A stretch of 64,000 nt of DNA from positions 7,742 through 71,741 of the IMG/VR virus record IMGVR_UViG_3300044639_001298. The stretch is one strand, 5' to 3'. The stretch comes from a virus. The notes below the pieces were generated by a model. The model was not told the origin of the DNA, searched no databases, and was given only the letters and a program-made list of their open reading frames with translations. Positions 57,947 through 64,000 of this stretch are shown here, in pieces; the first letter of the stretch is position 1, and the number at the start of each line of letters is the position of its first letter. The position numbers and the translations under genes are program-made.

Positions 57947-59710
57947 ATGGAAGATTTTGTGCCTAAAACACCCGAATCAAAAGCCCTTTTAATATTAGAC
58001 GATTATGAAGGGTCAAATAACTATATCCTTAACTTAAAACACAAAAAACAAAATAGTAAGTCTTTTGTTCCTACGAGACCTCAGGCCGATTACATCAATA
58101 ATTATCATACCCTACAACCAAAAGTTGCAAAAAAATGGGTAAAGTTAGACTCTTATTTTGGTAAAAAACTAATGGAAGATAAGATGTATACCAAAGAACC
58201 TTCAGAAATTTATGTCGAGAAGTTGTTGGTTGAAAAAGATAAAGCTTATCATATTTGGGGTAAAATATTTTCAGGAGAAACTCTACACGACTTTTGGATG
58301 CCAAAGTCCGCATTACTAAAAGATAATGAAGTTAAAAACATTTCTATAGATTATGGTAAATACACCCATAGACCACCTATGGAACACCAAAAAGAGGCTA
58401 TCGAAAAACTTGTAAGAAATAAAAAGTTTATTTTGGCTGATGACATGGGTCTTGGTAAAACTACCTCAACAATCATAGCAGCTTTAGAGACGGGAGCTAA
58501 AAAAGTTTTGATTGTGTGTCCAGCATCTTTGAAAATAAACTGGCAAAGAGAGATTGCAAATTATTCAGATAGGACCGTATATATTGCAGAAGGTAAAAAA
58601 TTTTCAGATGAACATGATTTTGTTATTGTAAATTATGACATCTTAAAAAATTTCCATGATACAAAGGACAAAGAAAAATCAGAAATTATGAAAATTAATT
58701 TTGATTTAGTAATCATGGATGAAGCACATATGATTTCTAACCCCCAAGCACAAAGAACAAAAATTGCTAACGACATCGCAAGTAAATCAAATAGAGTTTG
58801 GTTGTTATCAGGAACACCTATGACATCGCGACCTATGAATTATTACAATTTATTAAATCTTGTTGATAGTCCAGTTGCTATGAATTGGATGGCTTATGCT
58901 AAAAGATATTGTAATGGATTTCAATTTAGTGTTGGGAAAAGAAAAGTGTGGAACGTTACAGGCGCATCTAATCTTGAAGAATTAAGAGAAAGAACCTCAA
59001 CACACATTCTAAGAAGATTAAAAGAAGACGTTTTAGATTTACCTGAAAAAATTATCACACCTGTTTATTTAAGACTCAAATCTAAAGATTACGAAGAATT
59101 AATGGGTGAGTATTTTAATTGGTATGACCAGAACCCTGAAGAGTCTTCTTCACTTACAATTCAGTTTTCAAAATTGATGAAAGTTAGAAAAGTTATTGCT
59201 CAAGAAAAAATTAATAACACAATCGAGTTAGCCGAAAACATTATAGAACAAGGTAAAAAGGTTATTATATTTACAAACTTTACCGACACACTAAATCAAA
59301 TCTATAACCACTTTGGTAAATCTGCGGTTTATTTAGATGGTAGTTGTTCTAAGTTCCACAGACAAAATGCGGTCGATGAATTTCAAACAAACGATAAAAT
59401 CAAAGTATTTGTTGGAAACTTGAAAGCTGCAGGTGTTGGGATTACTTTAACCTCAGCAGAGGCTGTAATCATGAATGATTTGTCTTTTGTACCTGCAGAA
59501 CATTCACAAGCAGAAGACAGGTCACATCGTATAGGACAAAAAAATTCAACATCAGTGTATTACCCCCTATTTGAAAATAGTATCGAAGGTGCAATTTACG
59601 ACATCTTAAATAGAAAGAAAAAAATCATATCAACGGTGATGGGTGATGATACATTTGACGAGGCATCAATAATAGAAGAAATGTTAAATATGATTTCTAG
59701 AAACCGATGA
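57947..59710 (+). CDS. SNF2-family helicase (SMARCAL1/HARP-like)
   Basis: LADDMGLGKT, VCPASL..NW, DEAH, LSGTP, LRRLK, GVGITLT and QAEDR.HRIGQ motifs. Start moved to the ATG at 57947 because the longer call overlaps the neck gene. Confidence 0.92.
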   Translation: MEDFVPKTPESKALLILDDYEGSNNYILNLKHKKQNSKSFVPTRPQADYINNYHTLQPKVAKKWVKLDSYFGKKLMEDKMYTKEPSEIYVEKLLVEKDKAYHIWGKIFSGETLHDFWMPKSALLKDNEVKNISIDYGKYTHRPPMEHQKEAIEKLVRNKKFILADDMGLGKTTSTIIAALETGAKKVLIVCPASLKINWQREIANYSDRTVYIAEGKKFSDEHDFVIVNYDILKNFHDTKDKEKSEIMKINFDLVIMDEAHMISNPQAQRTKIANDIASKSNRVWLLSGTPMTSRPMNYYNLLNLVDSPVAMNWMAYAKRYCNGFQFSVGKRKVWNVTGASNLEELRERTSTHILRRLKEDVLDLPEKIITPVYLRLKSKDYEELMGEYFNWYDQNPEESSSLTIQFSKLMKVRKVIAQEKINNTIELAENIIEQGKKVIIFTNFTDTLNQIYNHFGKSAVYLDGSCSKFHRQNAVDEFQTNDKIKVFVGNLKAAGVGITLTSAEAVIMNDLSFVPAEHSQAEDRSHRIGQKNSTSVYYPLFENSIEGAIYDILNRKKKIISTVMGDDTFDEASIIEEMLNMISRNR

Positions 59711-59722
59711 TATTTATATATC

Positions 59723-60811
59723 ATGGACGTAAATATTGAATATATTGGAGTTGAACCTAGTAAAAGTGATAAAGTTTTAATTAACAATTTTATTTCACAA
59801 CTTAAAAAAAATTATCCGTTAAAGGATGATATTGATATTCTATTTCAAAATAAAAGAACAGGTACGATGACTACAGGTTCAAGAACCGATAAAAACAAAC
59901 TTAAAATTTTAGTAAAAGACAGATTAAATCGTGATGTATTAAGAACATTAGCTCACGAATGGTCGCATGAATATCAAAGAACAATTTTGAAAAGAAAAAA
60001 AGGAAAAGATATTGGTGGAAAAAACGAGGATGATGCTAGTTCACAGGCATCCCAAGAAATTAAAAAGTTTGAAAAAAATAATAAGGAAATGGAAAAAGTT
60101 ATATACAAATCTTTTTCAGAACAAATTGAAAAAATTGAAACGTTATTAGAGGTTGAGTCATCAAAGAAAGAATTATTAATTAACGAAATAAAAAAAGTAA
60201 GTGTTGATAAACTTCCATATGAATATAATTCCTTAGAAAAATTTATTGATAGTGAAACAATGAATACTCACTACAACAAACATTACAAAGGTTATGTTGA
60301 AAAACTCAATGTCGAGTTAGAAAAAATTAAAGGAAAAGATTTAGACCTTGAGGAAATTATAGAAAAGATTTCAAAATTTAATAAGGTTGTTAAAAACAAT
60401 GGTGGTGGTGCCTTTAATCACGCTTTGTTTTGGAAAATGTTATCTCCGAAAAAACAAGAAATATCCGACCCAATACTTTCTAAAATAAAAAAAGATTTTG
60501 GTTCATTTGAAAAATTTAAAGAACAATTTAGTGAAGAGGCTAAAACTAAATTTGGTTCAGGTTGGGCTTGGTTAATTTTAACAAAAAATAATAGATTAAA
60601 AATTGTTACAACATCTAATCAAGATAATCCTTTAATGAATACTGAAAAAGAAAATGGTTATCCTCTATTAGGGTTAGATTTATGGGAACATGCATACTAC
60701 TTAAAATATAAAAATAAACGAGACGAATATATTAAAAACTTTTGGAAAGTTGTGAATTGGGGATTTGTAAACGACCAATATACAACACAAATTAAAAAGA
60801 AGTCTGTTTAG
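59723..60811 (+). CDS. Fe/Mn superoxide dismutase fused to an N-terminal HExxH metallopeptidase-like domain
   Basis: SOD motifs LPY.Y..LE, HY.KH, NGGG.FNH.LFW, FGSGWAWL, NQDNP and DLWEHAYY; N-terminal domain LRTLAHEWSHEYQ...NEDDA. Confidence 0.9.
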   Translation: MDVNIEYIGVEPSKSDKVLINNFISQLKKNYPLKDDIDILFQNKRTGTMTTGSRTDKNKLKILVKDRLNRDVLRTLAHEWSHEYQRTILKRKKGKDIGGKNEDDASSQASQEIKKFEKNNKEMEKVIYKSFSEQIEKIETLLEVESSKKELLINEIKKVSVDKLPYEYNSLEKFIDSETMNTHYNKHYKGYVEKLNVELEKIKGKDLDLEEIIEKISKFNKVVKNNGGGAFNHALFWKMLSPKKQEISDPILSKIKKDFGSFEKFKEQFSEEAKTKFGSGWAWLILTKNNRLKIVTTSNQDNPLMNTEKENGYPLLGLDLWEHAYYLKYKNKRDEYIKNFWKVVNWGFVNDQYTTQIKKKSV

Positions 60812-60846
60812 ATTTGTTTTGATAGGATATTTATATAAAAAAATCT

Positions 60847-61968
60847 ATGTCAACTACAGTTATTATCAACGAACCAGATAGAAGTAAACTTTACAAAAGA
60901 ATACGTAATCTTTTGGGAGCACCTTTACGTTCAGTAGAACTTGAAGACGAAATGATGGACTCACTATTGGAGTTATCTATTGAGGATTATGAACAACACG
61001 TACAAGACTGGTTGATTGAATCTCAATGGACATCGGTTTACGGATTGAATCTTGATGAACAATCTATTACAAGAGCACTATCTACTCGTAGTATGGATTG
61101 GGAAACACAATTCACTTATGCATATTCAAAAATTGTAGGTTTACAGGCTGGTGGTGATTGGGTGTTAAAAAAAGATTATATCGACTTAGTGCCGAACCAA
61201 CAAGTTTATGAAATACCCGCAGGTCGTGAACTTAACGAATTATTGTGGTTTGCAAGACCTGAATTGGACGCGGCTTACTTTGACCCATTCATGGGTGGAT
61301 TTGGGGGTTTTGGTGGTATCGGTTTAGGTGGTGGTGCCGGTTTTTCACAAATGGGAACAACGGGTAATTATTTTATTACACCAGCATTTGACATTCTTTT
61401 AAGAATGGCAGACATTCAAATGAAAAGAAGAATTATTACAGGTGATTTAACATATAGAGTTACCGCATTACCTGAAGGAAAAAAAGCAATTCACTTGATG
61501 AATGTACCTGGTGGTAAGTTTGATTTTGGTAATATGAAACGAAATGACTATCGAGTTTGGTATTGGTATTATGATACTTACGATAGAGAAGATTGTTTGG
61601 CTAAAAACCCAGACGTTATTAGACTTCCTTCTGATGTTCCATTAGATAAATTAAGATGGGATAAACTTAATCCACCCGCACAAACGTGGGTTAGAAGATG
61701 GTTCACTGCATACTGTAAAGAAACTTTAGGAAGAGTTAGAGGTAAGTTTAGTGGTAATCTTAAAACACCCGATTCTGAGTTAACAATGGATTACACTTCT
61801 TTAGCAACAGAAGCAAAAGATGAGAAGGCAATGTTATGGGAAGAACTTAAAGCAAGACTTGAAAGATTACGTCCAGAAAAAATGATGGAACAAAAGGCTT
61901 TACAAGCGGAGAACTTAAACAAATTATTAAAGTTAAGAGCCTTCCAAAGCCCATACACAGTAATTTAA
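60847..61968 (+). CDS. Neck protein / head-tail adaptor (T4 gp13-like)
   Basis: I...LGAP...VEL, WVRR...A..KE.LG.VRGKF and L..EA..EK..L.EEL motifs; TATTTATA at 60828-60835. Confidence 0.8.
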   Translation: MSTTVIINEPDRSKLYKRIRNLLGAPLRSVELEDEMMDSLLELSIEDYEQHVQDWLIESQWTSVYGLNLDEQSITRALSTRSMDWETQFTYAYSKIVGLQAGGDWVLKKDYIDLVPNQQVYEIPAGRELNELLWFARPELDAAYFDPFMGGFGGFGGIGLGGGAGFSQMGTTGNYFITPAFDILLRMADIQMKRRIITGDLTYRVTALPEGKKAIHLMNVPGGKFDFGNMKRNDYRVWYWYYDTYDREDCLAKNPDVIRLPSDVPLDKLRWDKLNPPAQTWVRRWFTAYCKETLGRVRGKFSGNLKTPDSELTMDYTSLATEAKDEKAMLWEELKARLERLRPEKMMEQKALQAENLNKLLKLRAFQSPYTVI

Positions 61969-61973
61969 TTTTT

Positions 61974-62306
61974 ATGTCAGTATTTAGGTCAATACCATCG
62001 AGAAGAATAATCAATGGACATGAGATAACAACCTCAGATGTTGCGGTCGTTACAAATAAATCCTATTCAACAAATGGGGAGTCGGCGATTGTAATAAAAG
62101 ATATTGATTCCTGTGATTTATTTTTAAATTCAAAAACGACAGACCACGTTGTCATCAAAGCTCTCACAAAAGTAAATGTAACTGCGGATTCTTTAATTGA
62201 TGAGGAATTTGATATTATTGAGTTAGATAAAGGTGCCTGTGTTGAGTATAGAAAAATAGGTGACTATTGGTATATTTTATCTTCTGATGGATTGAAAAAC
62301 TCTTAG
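61974..62306 (+). CDS. Hypothetical beta-rich protein
   Basis: 110-aa ORF directly after the neck gene, convergent with the polymerase. Confidence 0.6.
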   Translation: MSVFRSIPSRRIINGHEITTSDVAVVTNKSYSTNGESAIVIKDIDSCDLFLNSKTTDHVVIKALTKVNVTADSLIDEEFDIIELDKGACVEYRKIGDYWYILSSDGLKNS

Positions 62307-64000
62307 TCGAAACTAAGAGCCATCAAATCACCATCAACATCAAATTCATAATATTCATCAGCATCTACTTTCTTTTGTTGTTGGACATATTGTTCCATTA
62401 GACTTCTGTTATTTTCAACCCATTCAGTGTCTACTAAATCGACCGTTCCTTCCAAATACATATAGTAAGGGTCAATACCTACATTTTTCCAAAACGTTAA
62501 TTCTGTATCAGATAATGTTAATACTTCCTCTAACGTATCTTGGTGAGCCTCTTTCATAGGATAACCACGCACTAATTCAGTTTGTGTTTTAGTAAAGATA
62601 GGTCTATCTTTTGGGTTTTCAATTAAAATGTCTTCTCTAATTTCAGGTTTATAAACAACAAGTAACGGTTCGATTCTTTTATTAAATGCCGCCAAATATC
62701 TCGGAACATTATACTCACCCAATAAATCTGGATTTAATTCAATATCACGTTCGTCAATCATATAACAATTTAAAACCAATTCATCTTTTTTCTTTTGAAC
62801 ATCACCATGTGATTTTTTCTCACCATTATTTACATAAAAGATTGTATCACCAAGACCTGGATTTTTACCTTCTTTAATTAAAAGTTCCATGTGAGCTTGT
62901 CGGGACATCATATTACCTGCCTTTGTGGTTTTTGTAATGTGAACTTTATAGTCATCTATTGATTGTTTAACACGTGCTTTGTTCGCAATCTTAGCCAAAG
63001 GAATTTGTCTGTTATAGAGTTTGTCTACATATTCATAGTAGAAGTCCAAGAACTCACCACCCTTACCATCCAATAACATTCGAAGTCCTGTGTCCAAAAA
63101 CTCAGCAACATATGTTTGAAGTTTTTTAGATTTAATCGTATTACCGGTAAGTTTTACTTTACCCTTGTCAGTAAGAAGTGCATAGTTCTTACGAGCTACG
63201 TTTATAGTTGAAGGCCAAACACCGTCGATATCTAATCCCATTTCACCTCGTAAAAATAAATCGTTGTATTCGGCAACATCTGCTTCGGCGCCAACATATT
63301 CTTTACCTTCTTTAACCAATCCATTCAACCCCTTTCCAATATACTTATATGTCTCCCTATCTTGTGGGGTTTCGAAGTTTACACCATCCGTGTCCATTAC
63401 AAGTGGAACGTATCCTCTTTTCATAAAGAACATAATCATCTGTCTTAGATATTGTCTACCTGTACAAGTAATTTGTTCACCCATATCAATATCACCCCAC
63501 GGAAATACTTGTGGTGCGGATAATGAACCAAAGAATGCGTTAATGAAGATTTTAATTGGTAATTGTTTTCGGTCATAAGAAATTGCAAGTTTCGGGTCAA
63601 TAGACTTATATTCGCTCGCTAAGTTCTTGTATTTGATACGAGTATCGCGGAAATACTTTAACATACTCTTCATTGCTCCTGTTACGTCACATTTAGGGAA
63701 TACGTCGTGAACCAACTGAATAGATGGGTATAGTGAAGAGTAGTCAAGTTTCAATACGTTCTTAGAGAACCCAACCTGAACCAAACGAGAAAGACCTCCT
63801 GTAAACTTTCTTTTCTCTAATTTTCTTGGTAACGCCAAGTTATGTTTATATGACCACGCGGACATAATCATTTTCCATAACGTTGCGGTTCCCATCGTTG
63901 AAAGTCTTTCATAGGTTGTTGGTACAAGTTTAGACAACAAGAAGTTTGCTTGGTTAAACTGCTCATCAACAACCATCGTTTCATAAAGGTCATCATCCAA
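62303..64000 (-). CDS. Family B DNA polymerase, C-terminal part (5' end outside the window)
   Basis: LDYSSLYPS (motif A), K.FINAFFG (motif B), MDTDG (motif C) and KNYA. Confidence 0.95.
   Translation of the reverse strand: MDDDLYETMVVDEQFNQANFLLSKLVPTTYERLSTMGTATLWKMIMSAWSYKHNLALPRKLEKRKFTGGLSRLVQVGFSKNVLKLDYSSLYPSIQLVHDVFPKCDVTGAMKSMLKYFRDTRIKYKNLASEYKSIDPKLAISYDRKQLPIKIFINAFFGSLSAPQVFPWGDIDMGEQITCTGRQYLRQMIMFFMKRGYVPLVMDTDGVNFETPQDRETYKYIGKGLNGLVKEGKEYVGAEADVAEYNDLFLRGEMGLDIDGVWPSTINVARKNYALLTDKGKVKLTGNTIKSKKLQTYVAEFLDTGLRMLLDGKGGEFLDFYYEYVDKLYNRQIPLAKIANKARVKQSIDDYKVHITKTTKAGNMMSRQAHMELLIKEGKNPGLGDTIFYVNNGEKKSHGDVQKKKDELVLNCYMIDERDIELNPDLLGEYNVPRYLAAFNKRIEPLLVVYKPEIREDILIENPKDRPIFTKTQTELVRGYPMKEAHQDTLEEVLTLSDTELTFWKNVGIDPYYMYLEGTVDLVDTEWVENNRSLMEQYVQQQKKVDADEYYEFDVDGDLMALSFD

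Noticed and set aside
1-64000. tRNA, rRNA or structured ncRNA genes
   Set aside because: Intergenic gaps are short and explained by promoter motifs, terminators and micro-ORFs; no cloverleaf was seen by eye, and a covariance-model scan was not run

Overview
An AT-rich, gene-dense 64 kb segment of a large T4-like contractile-tailed dsDNA phage using the standard genetic code. The host is probably in Bacteroidota, based on a TTTG-N19-TAnnTTTG promoter, the lack of Shine-Dalgarno sites, SprB repeats and a eukaryote-like NrdAB. Most genes are on the minus strand. Tail-tip, fibre and baseplate genes (1-25.1 kb) enclose two glycosyltransferases. A replication/recombination block follows (nrdA, nrdB, helicase, 5'-3' exonuclease, UvsX, SSB; 25.2-33.7 kb), then hub, LysM, tube-initiator, tape measure, chaperone, tube and sheath genes (34.7-55.9 kb), neck genes, a SNF2 helicase, a peptidase-SOD fusion and the C-terminal part of a family B DNA polymerase. 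The best candidate for a new system is phage-encoded O-glycosylation of the virion: a GT60-type polypeptide GlcNAc transferase and a second GT-A enzyme sit among genes with mucin-like (PT)n and Gly-Ser/Thr tracts, and a [ST]-[GA]-x-T motif recurs in surface structural proteins but is almost absent from the enzymes. Other highlights are a probable +1 frameshift (UUU_CGU_C) in the tail chaperone, an OmpA-like domain inside a tail protein, a shared Cys module, a TATTTAT promoter-like motif and an unannotated RHH regulator divergent from the sheath gene. All protein calls come from motif recognition by eye; no database search was run.
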